Below, piece by piece: positions 1 through 13,700 of a stretch of 64,000 bases of DNA. The stretch lies in the NCBI RefSeq assembly GCF_009914755.1, contig NC_060929.1; one strand, written 5' to 3'. A program made the position numbers and the translations under genes. Numbering within the stretch: position 1 is the stretch's first letter; each line of letters begins with the position of its first letter. This DNA comes from the human T2T-CHM13v2.0 reference genome, Homo sapiens. The notes beneath the pieces are model-generated. The model was not told the origin of the DNA. It saw nothing but the letters and a program-made list of their open reading frames with translations, and searched no databases.

Positions 1-556
1 AGCTAAATTTGGAAATTGCCCAGCCTGAATACACATACACCAACTAAATCCTCAAGCACATTTTATCTGCCATAATAAGTCATTATCATTGGGGATTGTC
101 AAAGATCTCTATAGATGTATTGAAAGTCTATTAAGGAGTACATTATCATTTCACTTGTCCGCATATAACACAAGTAATGGTATCTATTTCCCAAATATCA
201 TGCACGATCTTAGAAGACAAGGTGTGCCTGGGGTATAGGTCTGTAAATAGCATGTTAGTGAAGTCATGGATGGTTTCTGTGGCTAAGTTATGTCAAAGCT
301 TTCCTTCTCCATTTCCAAGCTTTGGAAAGTGTGCAAATTCCTGGAAGCACTCCTACAGTTTTGCAAATATAGAAACCTCATAAAATTCAGAGCCAGCAAC
401 CTTCTCTTGCTTTCTTCATTAAGGCTTCCTTGCTTACATAAGGAAAAATCCAAATAGCACTGTATTTTTAAAATAAGCTGAGAAATGGCAATAAGTCAGG
501 TTATTAAGGTAATATAATCAAGGAAGCTGCAGTTTTGCAGAGTCTGTGATACACAC

Positions 557-703
557 CATTTCTGAATTTTCCTTGGTAACGGCTTTTAGTTTTTCTTCCA
601 TGCGCTGCAAGGACACCATCAGTTCATCGTTTCTCTTGGCGAGGCACTTGTTCCTTTCCAGGAGAGGTTTACATTGCTTTTCGGTTTCCCGCACACGTTT
701 TAA
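557..703 (-). CDS. JAKMIP2: JAKMIP2 coding exon, 147 nt (LKRVRETEK...KENSEM), about aa 313-361
   Basis: Acceptor ttcccag|TTA at 703 and donor ATG|gtgtgt at 557. Coiled-coil peptide matches the recalled JAKMIP2 sequence and is in frame with the upstream exons. Confidence 0.95.
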
Positions 704-1378
704 CTGGGAAGAAATAAGTGAAGATTTGTGTCTTGCGTTTGGGGGACGTGGGGGCAGGGGAGTAAAGTGGTGGGAGTGAAAGCACCTCTGGAGACAGCCT
801 TGTCTCTGCTTCACTATGTGGCTGAGGACTGACCACTGACATTTCAATCCTTCATTTAACAGACTGTTTGCTTTCTTTTCAGTTTTCTCTAACGGTTTTT
901 CATCACAGCCTTCATAGCCTTATATCAATCCATTGTCTTAAGGAAAGTACTCCAGAGACTGGTTTTGGAAATGCTCGGGAGGACGCGCTCTCCTTGCTTT
1001 CTTTCGCTTCCCCGACTTGTTACTCCACCGTGCTCAGCTGCAATCCCTGCACCTGGAATGACCTGCATTAGCTCAGAGATAAAGGAGCTCACCCAGACCA
1101 CACGGCCACTAAGTAATGCGACCAGGAGCTGAATCCAAGCCTGGTTATGTCCAAAGGTCATTCTTTCAGAGACCTTGTGGAAATCTCCTGACTCGCACTA
1201 CAGTTGTTATTTTAAAAGAAATTTTATCGAGGGGAAAAAAACCACACGTAAGTTTGAAACTCTGTGGATGTTTGTGTAAGGATATCAAATTCTCCCCAAG
1301 CTTAGTAAAGTATGATTGTATTGTTATCCACCCATAATTAAGAGTGAGCATACTCTCATTTGCTTGGTTAGTCTAAAG

Positions 1379-1568
1379 CAGGGTTTCTCAGTCTCGGCGT
1401 CTGTGACATTTTGAGCCGGATGTTTTTTTGATGTAAGGTGTCCTGTGCAGTGGAGGATGTTTAGCGGCATCCTTGGCCTCTGCTGGCTAGATGCCAGTAA
1501 CACTCTGCTAATTGCGACCATCAAAAACATCAGATATTGCCAAAATCGCCTGTAGTTGGGAACCACTG
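1379..1568. mobile_element. MER20 (hAT-Charlie non-autonomous DNA transposon)
   Basis: cagggtttctc...gaaccactg termini, typical MER20 body, degenerate 8-bp TSD gtctaaag/gtctaagt. Confidence 0.8.
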
Positions 1569-2310
1569 GTCTAAGTTTATGAAAATTGTCTTGAGGGGAT
1601 TGTCAATAGTCCTCCCCTTTACTTTTAAAACACTCCTTTTTGTATATTTCATGATCATCCTATACATTATAGATTTTCATTTTCAGCTTCTCATGATTAG
1701 CTTATTCTTTTCTTACTAATGATTCTGAATGTGAGTATGTATTGGGAGAAGAGCAAGGAAAAAGGAGGGCTGTATTCGAAATATTTGAGAAGACTTTTTA
1801 AAGTGCGCACTACTGTTCTTGAGATTCTAAGATTTTGGGAAGTGCTGAGGTGGAAGACTTAGCTAATTATGAATATTTGTAAAATCTCATCTTACGATTC
1901 TTAAACAGCACTTCTGCAAATCCATCTCAATCTCAATTTCGTATTAAAGAAATAACTCCATTTCATATTAAAGGCCAAAACTGGGTTTATTTTTACAAAT
2001 AATCTGACTTAGTCCTGAAGCATTAATGCCTTAGTCCTTAGTGCCTGAAGCATTAATATTAAATATTGCATACATATAAGGACAATAAGTTATTCTTATT
2101 TTTTAATCTGTCTCTTCTGAAGGTCAATGATGTGAGTTTTAAATATTTAAATTTACTTATTAATACAATTCACAGAAAATGCAGATATACATAAAGAAAA
2201 TATCTATAATTCTATCACATCATACATCAATAACCATAGTCCCACAATACCCAACAAAATGTTCCTTTTAAGATACACCTTAAATAAAACACAGAAAGGT
2301 TGGAAAAAAG

Positions 2311-2415
2311 TGTGTTTGTGTGTGTATATATGTATGTGTAAATATGTATGTATATATGTATGTCTATATAGTTATAAATACATATATATATACACATACA
2401 CATGTATATGCACAC
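2311..2415. repeat. (TG)/(TA)/(CA) compound low-complexity repeat
   Basis: Seen directly. Confidence 0.85.
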
Positions 2416-2479
2416 TAACACTAAAACAAAAATCTGATGTAGTTCAACTAATAACAACGACTTTAAGCCAAGAAGTATT

Positions 2480-3995
2480 ACCAGAGGAAAAAAAAAGCAT
2501 AATGATTAAAGGGTCAATACACACAAAAAATATAACAAATATTAATTTATATTCATCTAGTAACATAATTTCTAATATATTATAAATACATATTATTGTT
2601 CTACATATAAAGTTAAATTTAAAGAACTAAGAAGGATATAGACAAATCTTTTGGGAGAACAAGCAGACAAAAATATCAGTAAGAATTGAAAAATTTTAAA
2701 CAAGATTATTAACAAACTTCAATCAAACTGCAACTAATAATTACAGAGTATGCCTCCTTTTCATGTAAACATGTAACATTGCTAAAATTGACTGTATGCT
2801 GAGGTCATAAAGCAAATCTCAACAAATTTTGAAGGAATGAAATATACAAAGTACATTCTCTGACTATAGTAGAATTAAGGTAGAAATTGATACCAGAAAG
2901 ATAACTAAAAAAATCTCTAAATGTTTTGAAATTAAGCCATCTACTTCTAAGTGACCCATATATCAAAGAAAAATTACATGATATTAGAAAAATTTTTGAA
3001 TGAAATAACAATATATTAAACTAAAGCAAGGCTTAGAGGGTCAATTACAGCCTAAAATGCATATATTTGAAAAAAGGAAAGGCTGAAAATAACTCTTATA
3101 TGAATAGCTCTATTAAAAACAAAAACGTAAGCCATAGAGCAAGATATTTTAAATGCAAATGTACCACAAGTGATGATAAAAAAAATCCTAATAGTAACTG
3201 AAACAGTAAAGGCAGCATAACAGAAAATGGGCAAAAGGCTAAGGACAAATTATATCTGAAAGACTAGTAAATATTTGAAAAGTTACCCTACCTTCTTAAT
3301 AATGAGGAAAATTAAAACCATAATGTAAGGTGTAAGAGTATGCCCTACATCCACCAACATGACTAACAATTATTTTTGTATGTTGGAAAAGATATGGAGA
3401 AACTACCACTTTCATTCATTATTGGTGGGAATTGTGACAACTCACTGTTTGGTAATAACTATTGATGCTGACTACATCCATACTCTAACATCCAGTAATT
3501 CTACTCCTCTGCATATTCCACCAGAAATGGGCATATTTTTTCAGAAACGACATGTAGAAGCACTGTTCTTCTCAAAACAGCTCAGAAGTTTTAAGAAACA
3601 ACATAAATGTCCATTAACAATAACATGGATCAGTATATTGTGATATATTATTTGAATACTATAGAGAAATGAAAATGAATGAATTCTACATGCAACACAA
3701 TGGATAAATCTCACAAACAAAGCTGAGTGAAAGAAGCAGAAGAAGTCAGACAAAAAAGAGAAAATATTGTATGATTTCATTTACAAAAAAATGTTTAATG
3801 GTGATAGACATCTATGGCGATTGAAGTCAGAATAGTGGTTAAGTTTAACAGGATGCTAATTGGGAGGGGTCACAAGAAGCGGGGGTGTGAGATGCTGGTA
3901 ATCTTCCATTTATTCATCTGGATGGTGGTTTTTTGAGTGTGCCACTTTGTGAATATCTATTGAATGGTATCTTTATTATTTGTACACTTTTCTCT
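2480..3995 (+). mobile_element. Ancient degraded L1 (L1M/L1ME-type) ORF2 and 3' fragments
   Basis: A-rich sequence resembling L1 ORF2 endonuclease-region and L1ME 3' end motifs. Boundaries approximate. Confidence 0.65.
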
Positions 3996-4058
3996 ATTAT
4001 GGTACGTATCTATAACATAGTATGTAATTCTGTAACATAATGCTTAACAACAACATCA

Positions 4059-4181
<123 letters not shown>

Positions 4182-5034
4182 CTACAAAGAAAAATTAAAA
4201 TGGGTATTTCTTCAACAACACTTTTCACAAAGTTTGGGAATATCACTTATTATTCATAAAAGTAATAGGCTCAGTTCTCTTATCTGGCTCCTGAAGTGAG
4301 AATAAAATATTCTTTTATCCAAAGAGTAAATATTTACCCTTTTATAACTCTCAATATTCACCACTTGGGTTGAAGACCACGCCAGGTTGTAATTGCAAAT
4401 GAATTCCATGTGGCAGATACTCCCTGGATCCAGGACTCAGGGCAGGGAGAGTGCAGAGGGTTGGATCAACTTATCAGAGCTGTGTGCTGTGGGACCAAGG
4501 TCATGATGTGATTACATAAGGTTCAAAGGGCATCCCTTGTGTCATGGCCACACATTGCTTCCCACAGCTTAGACAGCTGTCCTGGTATTACCATTAGCCA
4601 CAGAGGGGAGAGAGTAGGAGGTAGGGATTAATATTGTCAATTCCTTCATACTCCTGAAGAAAAAGGTCAAGGTGAGAAAATGTTGATGTATTACCTTCAT
4701 GTATAAAGGTCAGTAGTTTATAGGATAGGCCTGACTAGTATATTCTGCCCAATGCAACTGGCTTCTCCACTGGCAGAATGGCTGTGAATCACCTTACACA
4801 GGGCATTCATGGCTTAATTTCATGTTGTAGAGTTATATAAGACTGTTATTATCATATGCTAACAATTATATTATCATCTTACATTTTGATAATGCTGTAC
4901 TGTTGACAAAGTAGTTTCAAATACATTATATCCCAGCATTCATAATATCCTAAAGGATTCAGTAGAACAGGTAAAATTCAGATAGGTAATAACTCCTTTA
5001 AGGTCTTGTGGCTAATGTCAAAAGATAAGTAACT

Positions 5035-5263
5035 AATATGTATTAAATGCTATGTGCCAGACACCATGCTCAACATTTTACATATTATCTCTTCTAATCT
5101 TTAGACCAGCCATATGAGGTACTACTATAGCTTCTATTTTACACATGAGGAAACTGAATGGTGAAGTGGTTTGCCTAAGGACACACAGTAAATGGCAGAT
5201 TTGGGATTTGAACCAAAGAGTCTGACTCTAGAGCCCATTCTCTTGACAACTATGCTATATTGC
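5035..5263 (-). mobile_element. MIR SINE
   Basis: Core atgaggaaactga...gggatttgaacc...tctgactctagagccc. Confidence 0.8.
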
Positions 5264-6032
5264 GGGTACCTGTCAGTGTCAGAACTAAAACTTACAGAAA
5301 CTGCTAAATCCTAGATAAGTACTCCTTCCACCACCTACTAAGATTATATACATATATATATATATTTATTCTGAATATCAATTCATAAATTATTCATTAC
5401 TTAGTTCTAAGTAGTACTTTGGAACCCATCTCTGTTCCTAAATAATACATTTCCATTATTATAGCAGCAAAATAATTGGAAAGGTATAAGAGTTATAGCC
5501 AACTGCATATAAGCCCATTTCTATTGCGCACTTCCGAAAATAATTTCTCATATAAAATGATGAAAATTCATGGAAATAAGTGGTAAGTTCAATCAGACAA
5601 TAAGTCTTCAGATGAAGATTAAAAATGGTTTTGTCTTTTATGCAGTTATACATTTTGACCCCTGTAGATGACAACCATCTTTATCAATTTCCAACCCAAT
5701 TGTTCACAAAAGGGAAAATTACCAGTGTAGGCAAGAGGCAAAATATTTTCATCTAATTTATGTTTCTTATAATAGACTTAAGTTTGGATAGGTATTGCCT
5801 GGCTAGAAAAATTCTAGGAAGGATTTAAAGAAATCTATCTCATGTGATCTGCTAATGTAGTGCAGACCACTTAGTTGTCTATGAGTTTAGAAAACCCTGT
5901 TCTCAAGATACTAGCTGATTTTATAGTAGAAGGTAGATTGATTTCTTTGTAGTAAACAAGAAAAGAGCTTAAGTAAAAGGTAAAACTTGGGAGCTAAATA
6001 AAAGATGACTTGTGCATTCTTAACTTCAACTA

Positions 6033-6284
<252 letters not shown>

Positions 6285-7784
6285 TTAACAATGCTGTAAA
6301 GAAATACATTTTTACAATGGTGTAGGTTTAACTTCTTTTATCTGATTGATACAGAAAAAAAATCACGGATTTGATAAGTGTATTGGTTTCATGAGTAAGA
6401 TGAGGCAACATTGTGTAATGAAGAAGTATCCTGGGTTAATTAGGTGTCAAGGAGAGTAATTTTTTTTCTCTCTAGTATATCCTGTGAAGATGTTTTGACT
6501 CAATATATTGTTTGAAATAGTCTGGGTTGATTAGATATGCAAAGGACAGTCTAACTTTAAAATAGCCATTAATTTTAATAAAGATGAACATTAAATATTC
6601 CACTCTAATGTTTCCTAGGACATTTTTTGATGTCACTTCTTCTTTGGGCAAATGGGTATTCAGATTCAATCAAAATAGCTGTTGCTCCTGTTAGTAGCTG
6701 GTCATTTGTAACTGAAGAAACTTCAGACTTCCCAGTGGCCTAGTCATTTTTCCAAGACTAACATGCTTGCATTCAGGTGATGGATTTGGAGGGAGGTCCT
6801 TCCACGGTTCATGTGTTATATCTCTTTCTGTTCTCACTTGTATTTCAGAGCAGCCAGTTCTTAGCAACCATTTTATCATTACTATAAGAAAATCATGGTT
6901 GGGATTAACAGGAATAGAAAATATCTGGCAATATTAACCACTATTTTCCCTCCCACATGTGTGAGATATATTTATTGATCCAAATATGCATTTCTGCTAA
7001 GCCTGGGCATGGCCTCAGAAGAATTTCTCAACTAAAGGCCACAGGCATTCAATACCAGTTGATTTGAGTTCCCTTGGAATGAAACCTTTTTGCCATCCTA
7101 GGATGAGGGCTAATGAAGTGAATGTCTATAAACAATTTTTAAAGAGAGCATAGCCATTGGGTGAAACCTTTCTTATCGTTTCACTATATTCTATGTGTAC
7201 ATTCAAAATGGAGATAAGGAAAAGACATTTAATACAAACAACATTACGCTGTTTTGCTTTTTCTAAAAGTGTCTCCTTATACAAAACAATACTTTTGTAT
7301 AAATTTTTCTTTGCTGTGTGCTCTTAGACCAGAAAAAAAAAACCTGCAACAGAAATGGTGTTACATAGTCACGTATTTTCCACATATAAATATCTGTGAG
7401 CTACTGCCTGTGAGTCACATGCTTAAATTTTAGGTCAATTCTGAGAGAGCTTTGGGCTAAATTCTGCATGATCTTGTAATATCATCTGATAACTTGGTAA
7501 GAATTCAATATTGTCCCGTTAATTGGGAATAATAGCATTGTCTTTGGTTTCCGTCTCCTTGTAGAAGACTTGAGACCTGTGTTTTTCTTAACTGAGCAGC
7601 ATGTTCATTTGTCAGACTTGTCAACTGGAGCATTACTTTTATTTGCAGGTTAACATAGCTCTAGTTACTTTTCATGAGTTGACATAGCTCTAGTTGTTTT
7701 TTATGTACTCACCTTGTTAAACTTGTCGAGAAATCATTCTATTACTGCCCACATTCAGCCTCATTATCACCATCATCACAGCTG

Positions 7785-8015
7785 AAATTTATTGATCTTT
7801 CACTATATTCAGGGTACTATACTCAGAGCTTAATATGCCTTATTTTATAACAATCCTATTCAGTAGGTTCAGTCGTCATCATTTTACAGGTGATGACTGA
7901 GGACCTGAAAGCTTAAAAACTTGGTCATAGTCATATGTCTAGTAAGTTGTGAAGCCGTATTTTTAATGGAATCTTCTAACTATAGAGCCCATTCTGTTAG
8001 GTACTATGCTATACT
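7785..8015 (-). mobile_element. MIR SINE
   Basis: cattttacaggtgatgactgagg...ggtcatag...agtaagt core. Confidence 0.65.
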
Positions 8016-8619
8016 GGCTTTAAGATTATTCATATACTTTAAGCATTTCCCAAAGTGGTTTCCTGTGGGATATATAGTAATTAGCATTGAGAAAGCTTTA
8101 TTGCGTAGCAGTTATGAGCATGGACTCTGATCTCAAAATACTGAAAATCAACCAAAGCCCTACTTAGATGGGAAAGGGTATAAACCAGAATTCTCTGGGG
8201 AAATTTTCTAGACAGAACAACTCCCATTTCTCTCCCTTTCAGTTCCAAAAATGGAGCTTGGGGTAGGGGTAGGCACAGAGTAAAAAGAAGGAAAAAATGA
8301 AGATGAGTATATCTGCGCTATCAAAAAAGTTTCCTATGTTATTCTGTGTTCATGCAGTTTGTGAACTACTCATAAGGTGGCTCAGATTTACTTTTTAAAA
8401 TTTTAATGTTTATTTTACTTTAAGTTCTGGGATACATGTACAGAATGTGCAGGTTTGTTACATAGGTATACATGTGCCATCGTGGCTTGCTGTACCTATC
8501 AACCGGTCCTCTAGGTTTTAAGCCCCGCATGCATTAGGTGTTTGTCCTAATGCTCTCCCTCCCCTTGCCCCCACCACCTGACAGGCCCCAGTGTGTGATG
8601 TTCCCCTCCCTTGTCCATG

Positions 8620-11600
8620 TGTTCTCATTGTTCAACTCCCACTTATGAGCGGGAACATGCAGTGTTTGGTTTTCTGTTCCTGTGTTAGTTTGCTGAGGAT
8701 GATGGCTTCCAGCTTCATTCATGTCCCTACAAAGGACATGAACTCATTCTTTTTTTATGGCTGCATAGTATTCCATGGTGCACATGTACTGCATTTTCCT
8801 TATTCAGTCTATATAATTGATGGGCATTTGGGTTGGTTCCATGTCTTTGCTATTGTAAATAATGCTGCAATAAACATACGTGTGAATGTGCCTTTTAGTA
8901 GAATGATTTATATTCCTTTGGATGTATAACCAGTAATGGGATTGCTAGGTCAAAACGTATTTCTGGTTCTAGATCCCTGAGGAATAACCACCCTGTCCTC
9001 AACAATGGTTGGACCAATCTACATTCCCACCAACAGTGCAAAAAGTGTTCCTATTTCTCCACAGACTCACCAGCACCTACTGTTGCTTGACTTTTTAATA
9101 ATTGCCATTCTGACTAGTGTGGGATGGTATCTAATTGTGGTTTTGATTTGCATTTCTCAAATAATCAGAGATGATGAGCTTTTTTTTTTCATGTTTGTTG
9201 GCCGCATAAATGTCTTCTTTTGAGAAATGTCTGTTTATATACCTTGCCCACTTTTTGGTGGAGTTGTTTGCTTTTTCTTGTAAATTTGTTTAAGTTCCTT
9301 ATAGATTCTGGATATTACACCTTTGTCAGAAGGGTAGATTGCAAAATTTTCTCCCATTCTGTAGGTTGTCTGTTCACTCTGATGCGAGTTTCTTTTGCTG
9401 TGCAGAAGCCCTTTAGTTTAATTGGATCCCATTTGTCAATTTTGGCAATTGTTGCAATTACTTTTGGCGTTTTCATCATGAAGTCTTTGCCCATGCCTAT
9501 GTCCTGAATGGTACTGCCTAGGTTTACTTTTAAGGTTTGTATGGTTTTGGGTTTTACATTTAAGTCTTTAATCCATCTTGAGTTAATTTTTGTATAAGGT
9601 GTAAGGAAGGGATCCAGTTTCAGTTTTCTGCATATGCCTAGCCAGTTTTCCCAGCACCATGTATTAAGTAGGGAATCCTTTCCTCATTGCTTGTTTTTGT
9701 CAGGTTTGTCGAAGATCAGGTGGTTGTAGATGTGTGGTGTTATTTCTGAGGCCTCTGTTCTGTTCCATTGGTCTATATATCTGTTTTGGTACCAGTACTA
9801 TGCTGTTTTGGTTACTGTAGCCTTGTAGTAGAGTTTGAAGTCAGGTAGTGTGATGCCTCCAGCTCTGCTCTTTTTGCTTAGGACTGTGTTGGCTATATGG
9901 GCTCTTTTTGGTTCCATATGAAATTTAAAGTAGTTTTTTTTTTTTAATTCTGTGAAGAATGTCAATGGTAGTTTGATGGGAATAGTGTTGATCTATAAAT
10001 TACTTTTGTCAGTATGGACATTTTCATGATGATGATTCTTCCTATCCATGAGGATGGAATGTTTTTCCACTTGTTTATGTCCTCTCTTATTTCCTTGAGC
10101 AGTGGTTTGTAGCTCCCCTTGAAGAGGTCCCTAATGTCCCTTGTAAGCTGTATTCCTAGGTATTTTATTCTCTTTGTAGCAATTGTGAATGGGAGTTTAT
10201 TCATGATTTGGCTCTCTGCTTGTCTATTGTTGGTGTATAGGAAAGTTTGTGATTTTTGCACATTGCTTTTGTATCCTGAGACTTTGCTGAAGTTGCTTAT
10301 CAGCTTAAGGAGTTTTGGGCTGAGATCATGGGGAATTCTAAATACAGAATCACGTCATCTGCAAACAGAGATAATTTGACTTCCTCTCTTCCTATCTGAA
10401 TACGCTTGATTTCTTTCTCTTGCCTGATTACCCTGGCCAGAGCTTCCAATGCTATGTTGACTAGGAGTGGTGAGAGAGGGCATCCTTGTCTTGTGCTGGT
10501 TTTCAAAGGGAATTCTTCCAGTTTTTTCCATTCAGTATGATATTGGCTATGGGTTTGTCATAAATAACTCTTATTATTTTGAGGTTTGTTCCACCAATAC
10601 TGAGAATTTTTAACCTGAAGGGATGTTGAATTTTATTGAAGGCCTTTTCTGCATCTATTGAGATAATCATGTGGTTTTGGTCATTGGTTCTGTTTATGTG
10701 ATGGATTACATTTATTGATTTGCATACATTGAACCATCCTTGCATCCCAGGGATGAAGCTGACTTGATCATGGTGGATAAGCTTTTTGATGTGCTGCTGG
10801 ATTTGGTTTGTCAGTATTTTATTGAGAATTTTCACATCGATGTTCATCAGGGATATTGGCCTGAAGTTTTCTTTTTTTGTTGTCTCTCCTAGGTTTTGGT
10901 ATCAGGATGATGCTGGCCCCATAAAATGAGTTAGGGAGGAGTCCCTCCTTTTAAATTGTTTGGAATAGTTTCAGAAGGAATGGTACCAGCTCCTCTTCGT
11001 ACCTCTGGTAGAATTCAGCTATGAATCTGTCTGGTCCTGGGCTTTTTTTGTTGGTAGGCTATTAATTACTGCCTCTATTTCAGAACTTGTCATTGGTCTA
11101 TTCAGGGATTTGACTTCTTCCTGGTTTAGTCTTGGGAGGGTGTAAGTGTCCAGGAATTCATCCATTTCTTCTAGATTTTCTAGTTTATTTGTGTAGAGGC
11201 ATTTATAGTATTCTCTGATGGTAGTTTGTACTGCTATGGAGTTAGTGGTGATAGCTCTTTTATCATTTTTTATTGTGTCTATTTGGTGTGCTCTTTTTTT
11301 CTTTATTAGTCTAGTTAGTGGTCTGTTTTGTTAATTTTTTAAAAAATCCAGCTCCTGGATTCATTGATTTTTTGAAGGGTGTTTTGTGTTTTTATCTGCT
11401 TCAGTTCTGCTCTGATCTTAGCTATTTCTTGTCTTCTGCTAGCTTTTGGATTTGTTTGCTCTTTCTTCTCTAGTTCTTTTAATTGTGATGTTAGGGTGTT
11501 GATTTTAGATTTTTCCATCTTTCTGATGTGGGCATTTAGTGCTATAAATTTCCCTCTAAACATTGCTTTATCTGTATCCCAGAGATTCTGGTACATTGTC

Positions 11601-12436
11601 TCTCTGTTCTCATTGTTTTCAAAGAACTTCTTGATTTCTGCCTTAATTTTGTTATTTACCCAGTAGTCATTCAGGAGCAGGTTGTTTGATTTCCATGTAG
11701 TTGTGTGGTTTTGAATAAGTTTCTTAATCCTGAGTTCTAATTTCATTGCACTGTGGTCTGAGAGACTGTGTGTTGTGATTTCAGTTCTTTTGCATTTGCT
11801 GAGGAGTGTTTTACTTCCAATTATGTGGTTGATTTTAGAATAAGTGCCATGTGGCATGAGAATAATGTGTATTATGTTGATCTGGAATAGAGAGTTCTGT
11901 TCTATTAGGTACACTTGATCCAGAGCTGAGTTGAAGTCCTGAATACCCTTGTTATTTTTCTATCACATTGATCTGTCTAATGTTGACAGTGGGGTGTTAG
12001 CCTCCCACTATTACTCTGTAGGAGTCTAAGTCTCTTTGTAGGTCTCTAAGAACTTGTTTTATGAATCTGGGTGCTCCTATATTGGGTGCATATATTTTTA
12101 GGTTAGTTAGCTCTTCTTGTTGAATTGATCCCTTTACCATTATGTAATGCCCTTCTTTGTCTTTTTGATCTTTGTTGGTTTAAAGTCTGTTTTATCAGAG
12201 ACTAGGATTGCAACCTCTGCTTTTTTTTGCTTTCCATTTGCTTGGCAAATTTTCCTCTGTCCCTTTATTTTGAGCTTACATGTGTCTTTGCATGTGAGAT
12301 GGGTCTCCTGAATACAGCACGCTGATGGGTCTTCACTTTTTATCCAATTTGCTAGTCTGTGTCTTTTAACTGGGACATTTAGCCCATTTACATTTAAGGT
12401 TAATATTGTTATATGTGAATTTGATCCTGTCATCAT
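8620..12436 (-). pseudogene. Disrupted L1 ORF2p (endonuclease and reverse transcriptase)
   Basis: [42 protein letters not shown] motifs, split by frameshifts and stops. Confidence 0.92.
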
Positions 12437-12440
12437 GATG

Positions 12441-13700
<1,260 letters not shown>

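Noticed and set aside
7277-7302. 10-bp stem hairpin ttatacaaaa/ttttgtataa
   Set aside because: Very AT-rich and within chance expectation.
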